A stretch of 64,000 nucleotides of DNA from Haplodiscus bocki (Eukaryota). Made by a program: the position numbers and the translations under genes. Positions 11,150-25,600 of this stretch are shown here, in pieces. Under the pieces are notes generated by a model that did not search any database, was not told the origin of the DNA, and worked only from the letters and a program-made list of their open reading frames with translations. The stretch spans positions 53,382,001 to 53,446,000 of the forward strand of contig OZ296652.1 of NCBI GenBank assembly GCA_965655095.1, read 5' to 3'. How positions within the stretch are numbered: position 1 is the stretch's first letter; each line of letters starts with the position of its first letter.

Positions 11150-12300
11150 ACAGAGAGAACCTAGCAGGGTTGATGCGTAGTGCGAGCTTCAATAAATTGC
11201 GAACCCTAACAGAATCGTTAGCGGCGTAGTTGTTCAATTGTTGTTAGGTCATAGCGAAAGCTTTGTCGTTATACTTCGTTGATAACATGTTCATCAACTC
11301 CGGGTCCGTGATACCATCGATGAATCGTTACAAGGCCTCCTAGTCAAGAGTTGATCTGTTTTCTTTGGCGCGGACTCGAAAATTTAATTTTTCCTGACAA
11401 TCCAGGAGGTAATCGAAGTCTTCCAGATTTTGATGTTTATGAGAAGCAGAAGCAGCACAAGATGGATCTTTGACAGCTCCGGTTCCAAACCGTCTTTACA
11501 AAAGATCAAAAGGTCTATCAACTGTAGCTTAATTAGTTGACAGTTTCCATAGAAAAAAAATACGTTCTTTTTGTGAAACAACAGATGACTTTTCGTTTTA
11601 GGTCATCTCTTCTTGTCTATCAAAATAAATTCTCATCATCTTTGACCAAAGATCGATTTTTCCCTTTAGTTCGGCTATATTGTTAAGGTTGGAACTTCTG
11701 AGATGTTTCGACACAGACATTTTGGTTGAATTGTTTCATCTATATGCGTGACGCATCGATTTGTCCTTCTCTGGTCGTATTCCATGAAATCCAAGAACCT
11801 GTGGAACTGCCTGCCGTTCTTGAAAAGTTTCACCCAAAGTTCCCAACTAGTTTTACAGCTGACGTAGCAGAGCAGAATAGCTAGCGCGTCGCCATACTCG
11901 GGAATCTTGTGCAGGGGCTAATGTGACCATACGAATACTATTATCCAAAATCTGAGTAGAAGATTTCGATGTTTATTCCAAAAATGTTGGTTCATTAGCT
12001 AATTTGGTTGTACCAGTTGGGGGAGAACCATAGCCAGTATTCTGGAAACAAGGAGATGCTGCTGTATTTTATTACAGTCCTTAGGCGTTTGTCGACAATG
12101 AGGAAATATTTGATTAAATCTAGCTGCAGCTTTTGCTTTTAAGGTTTTCACTTCAACCTTTTGCAGACCTGGTTCTTAAGTTCACAGTCCGCGGGTTTGA
12201 TTAGAAGCTAACTCGCCAATTTGTTCTCGGAAACGTTTAGTTGTTGTCGCAGTACATCCGCGAAGCCTACGGGCATACAGAAAGAAAAGGAAATCCCCAG
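11150..12300 (-). mobile_element. Gag-like relic of an LTR retrotransposon
   Basis: Broken frames reading KIPEYGD...SWELWVKLF and RFIDGITDPEL, resembling retrotransposon capsid segments. Confidence 0.4.
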
Positions 12301-12401
12301 ATTGCCTGAAAATTCAAAGAAATTGCATCGAAACTTTAGACTTTTCCATTTCAATTCATATAATAATATTGCAGTAACTTATCATTGCTTTTACATGTAG
12401 T

Positions 12402-13792
12402 TGATACGTATCAAATACGTATCACTCTCTAGCAAAATGTTCATGTAAAGTCTACGTATTTTATACGTAGCACTCCCGTGTACTGAACCAGATTGGGACG
12501 GAACTTTCGCGTAACGAACACGTACCTACCTAGCAGCTACTCTAGGCTAGGAATGAATATTTTGTTAGGTACGCGTTCCGTCGCTACCGATCTGGTGACG
12601 TCACAAAAATTTCAACCAATACGCTGTGCTTTTATGCTGTGTCAATTTGGACGAACACGGAACGTATACGTGGCCACCAGCTTCATTCTCTTCGGTAGCA
12701 CTGCGGAGAGCAGTTTTACAAGCGGCTACGTAGCCGTTCCGGAACACTTTCTCCAAAATGAGGATCCAGTCTGTATTAACGAGGAACGGACTAGGAAAAA
12801 GCCTAGTTTCGTTCCAAAAGTGGATTAAATCGATGCAATAGTATTTCAAAGCATGTAATTATGATTTTTTATGATTATTTTGATATATTTTACATGATTT
12901 TGGTGCCTTTTTTAATACTTTCCTCTTATGGAAAATCTTTCTGATCATTGGTTTATGTTATTATTTATTGTGTCGGCGAGGGAATAAGCACTTTGATATC
13001 CATTTCCGACTGATCAGACCCGTATATTTTCCGTCGAAAGATGGGAAAGACTCGGTCTGTAAAGGAAGAAATGGAGGGAAATGTGTTTATTTCCCGCCAG
13101 AGTCGGCATATTTCCTTTGTAATTAATATGATTAAAGTACTTTTCCCTACTTTGTACCTTTACTTGGCGTGTAAACAATTACGTTTCCCGCCAAGGAAAA
13201 GGTATAAATAGGAGAAATGAAAGTACTAAGGAGGAGAGATTGTTAATATCACTCTGATTATCAGTTGACTGTACTGATTGCGACTAGTTGTTTATTTTAA
13301 AGAATAAAACTTTTTGTTGTATTCTCAAGTTGATTTACAAACAAAAAATATTTCAGTCTTCATAACTGCGTAGCATTTTCCCTTCAAAATTGGCAACATT
13401 GAGAAACAAACGAAAGTTGGCAGCCGTTACAAAAGAAAGTCAAGAGGAACATCCTTGGAACGGCCAGTCACGAAACACGTCCGTTCCTAGAATTAACGAG
13501 GAATATATCACACATATTTTTGAGGAGGTTGAAGACAAAGTCACTAAAAAACTGTCCCAGGAGTTCAGCAGGACAGAGTCCCGCATATTATGTGCTCTGT
13601 CTAAATTAGACGAATTTCTCTTGAACCCACAGATACGGACGCACTCCGGAACCGTTCCGGGAACATTCCGAAACACAAACGTGGGAAACCAGGGAACGAA
13701 TGAGGACGACTCCCTGAGTGATCCTCATCCTGAAACAGGCCTCTTCCGCAGCCAGACCACAAAAAACTCTGGCCCAGAAGTTGCATGTGACA
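12402..13792 (+). mobile_element. Solo LTR (~1.39 kb)
   Basis: TG...CA ends; flanks GTAGT/GTTGT (5-bp TSD, one mismatch); TATAAATA at 13203 and AATAAA at 13303; no TGG primer-binding site after the 3' end. Confidence 0.7.
13390..13792 (+). pseudogene. Gag-like N-terminal ORF within the LTR
   Basis: ATLRNKRKLAAV...EEVEDKVTKKLSQEFSRTESRILCALSKLDEFLLNPQ is open up to the LTR end; first codon is TTG. Confidence 0.6.
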
Positions 13793-14759
13793 GTTGTTGA
13801 GATAAGTTCGGCGTGATCAGTTTCGTAATAGACAAAATGCCGTTAAACCAGGTCTCCTAATGTTCTCAATCGGTTCCTTAAAAGTTCAATAACTTTTTTT
13901 TTCAAAATAAATCTCTCATCTTACTGCGTAAACCTTCTTTCCTAATGCTTGTCGCACTTGGATTATATCAGTAACCTCCAAGTTGATTTTTTCTGGGTTT
14001 TTGCGATAATCTTCACCATTATTGAACTCAGAGGCAGTGGCAACTGCACATCGATCGATATGCTTTTTGTTTGACTGGGTGATTGAACTCGATTTATCAT
14101 ACTGAGAGGTCTGTAGGGTAATAAAGTGCTGAATCAGATGAGGCTCGACTGCTGGAAAATCTGAATACATGTACGTAATTTTGCAAGCTAATGGGAAATA
14201 AGCCCACACTCTTCGGTTTTTGCTTACGTTGTCATCCCCATAGGGCATAAATTTGTTTTAGCGGACATAAGTTTTCAATTTGAAAAACTTTCAGTTTTTT
14301 CCTTAACAAAATTAAATAAGTTTCCGAAAAAGCGAAGCTAAGACCTCGAAAATTGACTCAAAGTTTTTTGTACGATCAGTTAGTTTTTCAAACTGTTCTT
14401 GTGGGTTAATTCGGATTTGGGTGCTGCCCAATTAAAGCTAAAGTTTTCAATGTCATTGAACGAGGGTTTTGTGTGTCTTTTGAATGTAGACTAACCGTAT
14501 AGTTATTGTTTACAATAAAGATATTTTAATAATGAACTAAATCGTACCGATGAACCTAGCAGTAATGAAATTCACTTTAAGACTGGATTAGCCAATCAAG
14601 AAATGTTCGTGACCGAATCACCAAGACGTTTCGGTGAATTGACAAGTTAATACCTGTTACTAACACCACTTACAGTTGCTAACAATACAGATTTTCAACA
14701 TTTCAAGTTGGGTTGTGTACTCCGCGCAAAAAGTTAGGTCACCATACTGCGGCAACCCG

Positions 14760-15855
14760 GGTCGAAATTTTTTCGAGATTCGCCGTTTTTTTTTCTAAGA
14801 TCGCCGGTAATTCCGCTGATACCGCCGTTAATCTTCTAAGAACCGCCAATGCGTCGTTATCGTAGAATGTCTGCAGCGAATTGAGGTTGACCGCCGCTAT
14901 TTTTTAACGAAAAGCCGTTGTTTCCGCCGACCTCCCACAAAAAGCGCCGTTAAAATTTTTTGATACGGATGCAGAAAAAGAAAAAGGCGTACCCAATCGG
15001 AAAAACAGATTTCCCCAAACGAAAAACAAAAACGTTGCAATGTTTTTTATTTCAAAATGGAGGCTATCGTACAGCGAAATCTTCGCCTAGAAAAGTGAGT
15101 GAAAAAAATGGAAAAATCAAGTTTCATACAAAAAATAGACAATCGGTTCCACCATCTTCAACTGTATTTGTGAGAGTGAAGATTGTTCGACAACTATATT
15201 TACTTTTTTTTTGTTCTTTTGACTAAAACATTTTGTCTTTTCAGATTTATTGGGTCTTTTCTATTTTGTGCGATATTTCAACCGGCTGTTTGACCTTCAA
15301 TATGGTGTCATTTTCTTGACATCTCTTCTGCTGAGCAGTTTTGGGGTCCTCTGGAAGCCACGTTCTCGTCGTGGATCCTGTCAAGTGGGCTAAATTGTGC
15401 CCGCGAGCTGAGAGCGTCCAGTTTGAAGCATCAGGACTGCTGTTCCCATCATCTGCAAACTTGATTTGTGGAAGGCAACGTTGTCCGACAGCTTGATTCA
15501 CGTTTTGTATCCTTTTGACTAGCTAGTTGAGGAGGTCCGAAATTGAAGACTTTCGCTGTTAATGTTGAACGGCAACGGCGAAAATATATCGGGGAAATTT
15601 TGCTAAAATAGTGGCGATTCGAAGTCCGGCGTCATTTTTCTAAGATATGGGTGGTAAATTATTGGCGGAAGTTTACTAAGAAACGGCTGTAATCGCTGTT
15701 ATTTTTCCGAGAAACGCCGGTAACCGCTGCTAAAATTCAAAGAAACGCCGGTAACCGCTGTTATTTTTCTACAAATTACCGGCAGTTTTGCAATTTTTTT
15801 AACGCCGATCCGTCGTTATCATAGAAAAACTCCAGCCAAAATTTCGACTTAGGAA
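14760..15855. repeat. Two arrays of the ~31-bp minisatellite family flanking a unique core
   Basis: AAACGCCGGTAACCGCTG-type units at ~15690-15800 and degenerate units at ~14760-14960; both share GCC.AT.CGTCGTTATC, related to 7310-7330. Confidence 0.5.
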
Positions 15856-16439
15856 CTTAACGAAGTCGCCCCTTCATTTTGATCGTATTCGCGTTCAGTC
15901 ACTGTCTTCCTGAATGGGCCAAGCTCTTTCTTGAGTAGACAATTGAGCAAACGTTTAAAAAGCTTGAAAAATATAGATCTTTATTCTGGGACGAATACGG
16001 CTAAGTGAGAATAGGTCGACAAATACTATTTTCCGAAGAAGTCTATTGAAAAGCAAAGCAAGATTCTTTGGTGAAAAATGGATTTGAGTGAGGAAAACAT
16101 TGAAATTTTCTCGATAAAATATGCGTAACCTAGCATAATGAGTAGTTGAGCAATCCTTAGTCATTCTGTCAGACAAAACTTGCAAGATCCTTGAAAAGTT
16201 TCTTGCAACATCTTGCAAGATATTGCATTATTTTTGAAGAAAAAATGCAATATTCTTGCCACAAATATCAGTTTCTTGCAGAAATTTGCAAGATTTTTCT
16301 GGCTCATTGAACAAATTGCAAGAAATATCTGGTTTTGGAACTTTTGTATTTTTTAAAACAGCAAATTCAAGAAGCTTTGAACTACTATAATTTAACACTT
16401 GACGCAAACAATCACTTCAATGGGAATGACTAATAATCT

Positions 16440-16619
16440 TCTATATCTATCTATCTATCTATCCATCAAAAAATGTTTTCACCGATCTATCTGATGACCC
16501 AGCTAACTGATTTCTTACCTGTCTATCTAACCATCTGTTTATGCATATGCTATCTTTTATCCATCTATCGAACTATCTATCCATCGACCTATCTCTATAA
16601 AAAGACATTCACCTTTATG

Positions 16620-16673
<54 letters not shown>

Positions 16674-18410
16674 AATACATCTTTCGATCTATCTAATTGT
16701 TTTTGTATTTATCTGTCTACATACCAATCTACCTACAAATCCATCCATCTGTCTATCTATCTAATCATCTATCTATTTATCTATGTGTCCATCTATCTAT
16801 CTATGTATCTATCTATTTATATATGTATGTATCTATCCATCTCTCTATATCTCCATCTTTCAATTACTGCTCGTCTAACTGTCTTTCTAGATATACTTCT
16901 GTCTTTTTGTCTAATTGCCCAAATACCTGTCCACAAATCTATCAGTCTATCTATTTGTCTATCTACCTAGATCAACACCTGTCTATATTTCAAACTGCCT
17001 ATCTATCTATCGATCTATTTATCTATTCGTCAGCTCAATCAATCAAAATATTTATCTTACTGTAAAACTGTCTACATTTCTTCTATCTATTTCCCTGTCT
17101 ATCTATACATCTATCCATTTACCTCTACTTATCCGTCTAACAATGTTTTCATCAAAATTTCTAACCATCTATCTATGTATCTAGCTTATGACCCATCCAA
17201 ATGTCTGCATAAATGACTTTCTGCATGTCTGTCTATCTATCTGTTTTTATATCCGTTTTTCATCTGTCCGTCTACTGACCTATCTATCTATCTATTTATC
17301 TCTATATAGTTATCCATCTATCCATCTATCAATCAATCTTCCTATATATCAATCTTTCTTTAAATATTTCCACCTATTTATTTGTCAATCTGTCTATTTA
17401 AATATATTTCTACTTGATTGTTTNNNNNNNNNNNNNNNNNNNNNNNNNNNNNNNNNNNNNNNNNNNNNNNNNNNNNNNNNNNNNNNNNNNNNNNNNNNNN
17501 NNNNNNNNNNNNNNNNNNNNNNNNNNNNNNNNNNNNNNNNNNNNNNNNNNNNNNNNNNNNNNNNNNNNNNNNNNNNNNNAATCTCTTTAAGTCTACACAT
17601 GTCTATTGATCTATCTGTCTCTCAATCTATCTATCTATCCATCTATCTAACTGTTTCTCTATCTATATTTCTATCAGTTCTTCTACCGGCCTACCTATTT
17701 GTCTATTTATCTATCAATCTGTTTATCTATACAACCATCCGTCCAGGTTTTTAACAGCCTTTATGTTTGTCTATCTATCTTCTAGCAATCTATCGGTCTA
17801 CCTTTTTATCTGTCTAACTATCATTCTGTCAACCTTTTCAACCATCTATTTTACCTTCTATCTATCTTCACTTTTCTCATACTGTCTAAATGCCTACATG
17901 TCCGTTTTTCCACCGGTTTTTCTATCTATCTGTCTGCTTATGTATTTATCTCTTTTCTATCCATCTATCGTTTTATCTATCCACGTTGCTTNNNNNNNNN
18001 NNNNNNNNNNNNNNNNNNNNNNNNNNNNNNNNNNNNNNNNNNNNNNNNNNNNNNNNNNNNNNNNNNNNNNNNNNNNNNNNNNNNNNNNNNNNNNNNNNNN
18101 NNNNNNNNNNNNNNNNNNNNNNNNNNNNNNNNNNNNNNNNNNNNNNNNNNNNNNNNNNNNNNNNNNNNNNNNNNNNNNNNNNNNNNNNNNNNNNNNNNNN
18201 NNNNNNNNNNNNNNNNNNNNNNNNNNNNNNNNNNNNNNNNNNNNNNNNNNNNNNNNNNNNNNATCTGTCTAACTCTCTGTCTATCGGTCTGTTTACCTAT
18301 CAATCTATCCATCTATCTTATCATCTATCTATCTTTCTGTCTATCTTTGGATCTAGCTATCTTCCATAAGTTTATGTCTGTGTCCTTACATCTACCTATC
18401 TGTCTACTAA
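16440..18410. repeat. Degenerate (TCTA)n/(GATA)n microsatellite tract with two N gaps
   Basis: Perfect (CTAT) run of ~13 units at 16621-16672; N runs at 17424-17579 and 17992-18262. Confidence 0.95.
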
Positions 18411-18599
18411 GTTTTCATTTCTCTTCAACTTGTTTATCTGTGTGTGTTGTGACGTTTTAATGATCCGTCCAATTCGAAAAATCTTTCGGTCGAGCCTTTT
18501 ATGTCCTTTTTAAATCTTTCATCAGGAAACTGTTGTTGATTTGAAACACTCAAGTTGAACTTTCAACTAAAGCAAACAAAATCGTGAAAAACATTGAGA

Positions 18600-20500
18600 G
18601 TTCTTGCAACATCAGCTATTCACCCGTCTGCAACTATTTGGAAGCTTTCATTCTTTAAATGCAGCCCGTCTTCGTTTGAAATGGTTCCACTTAGAAGTTG
18701 ACTCGTAAATGTTTTGCTTAAAGCAGCGGACTTCAAAGAGGTGTACTGAATTCCAAAAAGCCAAAATCCAGTTTTACTCGGGAGTTTAAAAAAACCTGCA
18801 GCTGGGCGAAAATATACAGAACGTTTATAGAACACTTTTCATTCTTTTTTCTTTCTAATTTGTGTCCGAATCCGTCGTAGATGACACCAGTGACAAACGC
18901 GTCTCCCGAAATTGGCAACAGAGAACACTTTTGTTGTTCCGCAGCCTCTAACAAATCGAATTTCCCAGAAACACCCAAAGCCAAGAGAAAATTCAATTTA
19001 GTTCGAGAAGTATATTTTTTGCGTACCAATTACTTGCGTTTATTGCAGATATTCAAGAGTGCAACAGTCGTTTATCCAGATAAAACGAAAAATTCTATCT
19101 TAAAGAACCTTGTGTCATTATTTCCAGCGCCAGAATTTGACAAACTCCCGTGTAGATTTCTGTATGAAGTTGATTCAGACACTTCGCTTATTTCTGATTT
19201 AAATCGTCTTATGAGAACCCTCGGGTCTTCACTTTTCTTACAGAGCTCTTGACATTCCGGGGAAATAATTGTGGAAAAGAAGTACCTATTCTCACAAAAG
19301 TAATTTCTCTAGAGCCCAATGTGTTCATCAACATGGCTACTTGTCAGTTTGTTCTTGAAGAAGGCTTGTAAGATTTTTCTGGAAGTTTTTCGGTGCCAGA
19401 AAGGCTGTGAACAGAAAATTAAATGCAGACTCGAAGAAGGAGGTTGAAGTGCTCCTGAAACAACCAACACGTTTGACTTGAGCACAAAGATGGCGTATAG
19501 GGTGAAATTCATATGACTGCAAATTTGAGCCGCATTATTTTATTGAATCAAGAAAGAAGAACTCTAAGAGCGTCGAGGCATTTTGATTTTCCACTCCTTC
19601 GACGATTTCAGATAATTTATATTTTGAACTTGTGAATGGCCCGCCAAATACGAACCACAAGAAATCTGCGAAGAAATGGCCAAACTAGAACGAGATTGAA
19701 TTTTAAGCATTTAGAAAAGAACTCACTTTCGCGTCAGGCAGCACAAATTTCTCAAAACTCAAAGTACAAATAGATTGCTCAAATGTAACTAATAGTAAAA
19801 AGAAAACCATGAAGAGTTTGTTAATCAGCATCGATAAGTAAATTTACAAATCTTCCTTAGTTCAATTACAAAAAATTTTCGCAAAACTTACTCAACGCTG
19901 CAAGCATCCAACTTGAGATACAAGTTGAACGCCAAAAAATTTAAAAAAGTTTCCTAAAATCGGAAGAAAAGGATGAGGAATTGCGGAAATGATTATGAAA
20001 CGTACAACAAAAATAACGTAAAAATTTACTTTTGTTACGTTAAAAAAAGACCAGTCAAGTTGGAATAATCAAAAGAACGCGTGTAATTAACGAAACACGA
20101 ACAGCCATTTATCAGTTGCAAAGATTTGACGTGTGAATTTTAAATGGCTGGATTCTTCCCCAACATCGATTCAGTGTCAACATTAAATCATATCAACGCG
20201 TGAATGACCTAAAAACTGAAACATGGTAATATAATCTCCTTGCATTGACTTCACAAATTGGTCAGTAAATGAAAACTAAAAGTGAAGGCAGGATATTGAA
20301 TTCAGGAAATGCAAAAAGTTAGATGTTTTTTCGAGAATCGTTTTCTGAGTTAACATTACAACAATCAAGTTTGAGGTTACCAGTTAGATCAATTTATCGA
20401 AAGCTGAAAACTTGTTATTACAATAGCTTTGGTGAAAATATCCCTAATGCCAATTTGCTTCTGTCTTTTTTCTAATCTCTGTTTCACATTAAGCGTTTTT
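18600..20500 (-). mobile_element. CMC/EnSpm (CACTA)-type transposase relic
   Basis: DLMLTLN...PFK (~20190) and NASTLLEFF...CG..QSYEFHPIRHLCAQVKRVGCFRSTSTSFFES (~19580-19420), matching HxxxHLxxxVxxxG...SxFxFE; no TIRs identified. Confidence 0.6.
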
Positions 20501-22049
20501 ATTTAACGGTTCGGCAACATTTCTATTAGTTCCTACCCATCCTGTACCAACGATTACTTTAATTCCCCTACACTGAAGTGAGTTCTTCTCTGGCTGGTTA
20601 GAACTCGATCAACCGTGAGTTTAATTCCTATTTACTTTATAGTAACGGGGAGTTATTATGGTGGGGGGGGGGGGGGCAAAAAATATCCGCTTTTTACAAT
20701 TGGGTGAAAGTTCCTGACACACACTAGTTATTTTTCTCTATCGGATTGTATCATTGAAAGAAAATCATTCCCTTGAAGTGTATACATCTTGCTCCGCTAT
20801 ACTCGATTCAATCTGGCCTGAGAATGATCACGTTGCAAAAAAAATTTGTAGAGCAACAAAATTGTTCCTCTAAAAATCTAGAAAACAGTTTTGACAGTTG
20901 CAAAGGAGTTACATGAAAACAGAAGGTAGAGAAATAGAACTGAGCACATCAGAACCCTCTGTTGAAGAAACTGTAAGAAAAACTTTTGCTAATTGTTATG
21001 CTCACAGTTGATGTAGAAGACTTTTGCGTACAGGTTGTTTTCAGCCTTCCAACTCAAAAAGTAAACCAAAACAAATCTAGTGAAATACTGGAGCTGTTTC
21101 CCATTTCATCAGAATTTTTTTAAATCTGAAATCTTAGTCACTGTTGGTTTTTCAGAAGGTTCTGAGGTAGTGCTTCTCAGTATTTGGCATTGTCGTATAC
21201 CACGTTGCTTAATTTATCCTAATGCTTTGCTGGAAAAATCTGTTGCCTGATGAAAAACGAATTTTCTCAATTCACAGAAAAAAACAAACGGAAGACTTCC
21301 ATGATATTGCTTTTTCCAAACACAAAATGTCTATCACACCTTTTACCGGCTCCTTGACATGGAAGAGTCCAATCAAGTTTTTCTGTAGTTATTAGATAAG
21401 GAAGAGTTTTGACTGGTTGGTTATTCTGTAAATCAAAAAACTGTAGTAGAAAAATGTACTAAGTACTCAGTCTTTTTAATAAACCAGTTTAGAACTTTCC
21501 ACGAACATTCTTTTCTTAACAAGTCCAGAAGTATTTTGAGCAAATTTTTGAACTAATTCTTGGTCTCAAAAACAAAATCGATTTTGTTTTAATTTAAACA
21601 TGCGAAAATAAACTACAATTACGTTTCTCGAAACATCTTTACCTGTTACAATTTTTCTTTCTGGTTTAGGGAACCACGGCAGTTGTCATTTCTTTACGTT
21701 AAGATTCAATGTTTTCAGCAAGTCAGATCAGTATGATCTTTAGGTCCAATGAAAGGTTTGTGAGGTCAAAAACTTCGTTTGACTGGACAAAATTGTATCA
21801 GTGACATAAACAGAGCTACCAGAACTGTCGGGAAGGTCGTTTCGAAGAATTATCAGCAACAAAGACACAGAGTCCTTTTCCGGAAGCAGGCTATTCTAAT
21901 ATAAAAAAAACGTGTGCAAACAATTCAGTACCTGATTAAGTCTGTCGAAGTATTAAGATTAAAAAATAGCTCCAAAATTACTCGAGTACAACTCTTCGAC
22001 TAATCTATCTTTCTGATTTATGTGCGAGACCTTCGTTGTTCTTTTTTGG

Positions 22050-22660
22050 CGCATGCTTTGCTAAAATGAAAGAAAATTCACAACTGCGTTTTTCTGTTTA
22101 AATGGACCGTAAGTTCTCCACAATGCTCTATACCACTGTAACAGTGCTCTACAGACTGTAAAGCCTAAAGGTTTTCTGCAATGACGTAGCAGATGTTGCA
22201 TTTTTGTAAAGCCTATTATACATTGCGGTTTCAAACATTTAACCTAAATTTTGTGGTGAAAACGACCAGTCCGACTTCAAAAACCTCAACCAGAATATCG
22301 TTTCCATCAGACTATTGGGAAGTCTTTATTATTAAAGTTAGGCGCCGTTTTTTGCCAAAAACAGTACGATGTAATTGATATCAGCGTTCGAACCATTGTA
22401 TACAAGATGTCATGAAGTTCTGTAGCCTCGTTCCATTTCATATTGGACGCTTTTTCCATTTTTTCCATCTCCTATGATGGAAAAAAAGTACATCGTGGAG
22501 CTCACGGAGTAAACGTTGGAACCATGGTGTTTTGTAAAGGAACGAGCGACACAGCAACCATTAAAGCAGTCAAAAAAACTTACCATCAAATCACAGTCAT
22601 CGACAACTCGGCCCTTTACTATAATGAAGGAAATTTGCTTTTTGCTACATTTCATCCTCT
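22050..22660 (-). pseudogene. D5-like superfamily 3 helicase relic
   Basis: YFFSIIGDGKNGKS (GxGxNGKS at 22449-22472), then in another frame FGKKRRL and DGNDILVE...FTTKFRLNV*N, resembling motifs B' and C. Confidence 0.45.
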
Positions 22661-25600
22661 TAAATCATTGTTTTCCTTAAAATAAAACTGCCTTCCTTGG
22701 GAAAAAACAGACCGTGTTTTCATCGTGGTACTGTCCTGTCTCATGAAATAATAGGAGATATCATCATTTTATTGTGAGTCAAGCTTTCAATAGGCGTTTG
22801 TTCTACCTCAGCGACTGCCTAAGGAAAGTATTCCATTTCCAGTAGCTTTCTTCAGACCAAAGACAAACACTGGCGGTTTTTATCTATTTTTCATAAAAAA
22901 CCCAAATGTAATTTCCAATGACAGGTACAATAATAATTACAAACTGATCCATATCACTATTCGATCTGTTTTGCATTTCCAGTAACAAAAACAACTCAGT
23001 TTTTAGGTTTACCAACATTTTTTCTCAATTGTTTTTCGAAATTCACAAACATGGCAACTTTTATGCGTCAAAAGACTAGAATGACACAACGGTCGTTAAA
23101 GTAAATGCAAAATTATCTGTAAACGTGAAAGGAGTAACAACGCGGAAAAAGTATTGCATGTCACATGATGGAAAAAACTTTTCGTTTTCCCACTCAAACG
23201 GTCAGCTTTATCAAACAAATGTTCTGTTAAAAATGCTGGTAGAGTTTGGTCTTAATTTTGTCTTCCAGTGGGTCAATCCTCATATCATCGGAACACTACA
23301 CTCTTCCGGAAAATTTAGAAAAATTTTTCTTGGAACTGTGATGATTGGAAAAAAAGCGCGAATTGGATTTTTATGAAGAGCTGTACATGCAGTCAAAAAG
23401 GAAAAGTTTTCTGCTGGTGCTCTGCGTATAAAAAACAAAATTTACTTGTTCTTCCACAAGTCATGTATCTGGAGACCCACACTTCTACGTTTGAAATAAA
23501 AATTTAATGTTAAAACAAAATGTTGAAACATTCTCTTGGACTCAAATAGCAGCCACATTTTGTTATGACAATTGACACGCACAGTTGGATATCAAATAGA
23601 GTACCGCTCGGAAATATCAAAATGTACAACAGAAGATGATTTTCTTTTGAAGTAAAGTAGTGTGATTGAGGGTTTCAACGTAATAAGACACCTCCTTACA
23701 TGTAGCTGTAACCTTATCATCAGATAGGGATACTTTTCCGAAAAAAGTTTTTTTTAAAAAATTGGGTTTTTCGTAACAGTAGCACGAGTCCTTGTTTAAG
23801 TTCTTATAGATGACTGTACACAATTTTCACTTTCTTGATATCTGAAGGAACACTTTTTTCATTCACTGCCCTGGAAGACTTTTTATGTTTTCCTAGCTCA
23901 AAGAAAAAGGTACGCAAGATCGAAGTGAAGTGACATCGTCATTTTTCTAAAACTTCTTGCTAGACCCTTAATCTATATCTTTTTTCCCATCAGCTCTGTC
24001 CTTTCCACTCCTGAAAAACCGAGCAATTAAAAAACTCTTAACAGCATCTTGCGAGGGGAAACAGTGGCATACCATAATAACAAATCTTGTTAAGTTGACT
24101 CCACAGTAAAAAAAAACCCGATACTTCGGCGATTTAATTGAGGGTTTCTTCGTTCGAGTCCTCATATCGTGTGGCATATTGCACACATTGTCCGGCCAGC
24201 AGTACTGTTCAATCCCCTCTGCTTCGAATTTTTCTCACCTAAGATCAGATGGCCTGCTTTCGCAGACAACAGTTTGATCGTGGTTACCATATCCTCTCAG
24301 GACTCACCGGGTTGAAAAACTTCTGGTATGTGTTCCAGAAACCAGCTTCTCCATCACACAATACACTCACTTCCATCACTAGCATCAATCGTGAAATCCA
24401 CCATGTGCGAGCTCCCAATTCTTTCCGATCGTTTGTCCTATTACTATTGGTTGTTTTCGCCAAGTGAATTGCATCCAAATTGAAAGAAACGAAGCTTTCA
24501 TAACAGTCAACGAAGTAAGGCTTTGCAAGTTTTTTTAAAATCAAAAATGTTGTCTGTTTGTAATCAACATGATTCGAGTCAATGTTCCCAATCACGTTAG
24601 GTTCCAGGAGCAGTTTACGCTCTTTTTTTTTTCAGTTTTTGCTCAAAATTTTTTCACACGCTCTGTCAGGGTAGATCTTTACGTTAATGTTTTCCCCAGA
24701 GTTCGTGACTGCGGAACATCTTCATCTCAAAAGACAACTGATGGTTTTATATAAGAGTATCAGTATCCACCGGGGTGACAGTATCCACCTCTGACCTCTG
24801 GCAACTTTTGAACAGGCAAGCAGCTCAATACTCCAGTGTTCCCACTATTTTTACTAATTGTAAATCCAGAGCCACAGTAGTAATGCAATGTTTCCTTTCA
24901 ACAAGCCTGAACAAGAGGTTGAATCAGAAAACCACCATAAAAATAGAATATCATTCGTGCCCTTTCGTTAAGGCGAATCTCCTTTCAGCGGCTACTTTTT
25001 GACCTTTCGACTTGTCAGTGTTTTTATGCATGAATCAAAACAGTGAGCTTTTACAACTGATGTTCTAAAACACAATCTGTAAAGAGACAACGTTGTTTGT
25101 GGATTTCGAACGATACCTCTGTTGTCAAATATACTTGATATTGCCAGAAACTCGTAACATGTTGCATTTGTTTCTGTTTTCCACTGGTCAGAAGTCCAAA
25201 GAAGAGGTTAAACTTGAAACTTTCCTGTCCAGTAACTTTTTACTTGCGATTTGGTTTGCACCAAAAAATTCAGGCTGGAACTTTTGCATAAAGTTGGATA
25301 CGAAAAACGGAAGTTGGTTTTCTATTCACAAGTTCCGCGTTCCTTGTCTACAACACTATCGATACATTATTGAAAACCTGCAGTTTTCGTTGTAGAAAGT
25401 TGTTTAAGAATTTTATACCTGTCTGTTGAAGCCTTATTGGAGAAAAAACAAACCCTTGACTTTGGAGGAAACTCATTTCTAAGAGCGATAAATTTTAGTG
25501 CCTGTATTACTCCTAACATTTCTGGGCTATCAAAGCTCACAAGCCCCAAGAAAGGATAAACTCTCTTAGAACAATCTCCATCAGTGAGTTTGCAGCCGTC

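Noticed and set aside
13916-15501. Minus-strand ORFs of 110 and 84 aa
   Set aside because: No motif and no consistent splice model; they lie among repeats.
16473-18369. Long ORFs rich in IYLS or X
   Set aside because: Translation artefacts of the (TCTA)n tract and N gaps.
18881-19252. 123-aa + strand ORF
   Set aside because: Antisense to the transposase relic region; no recognisable domain.
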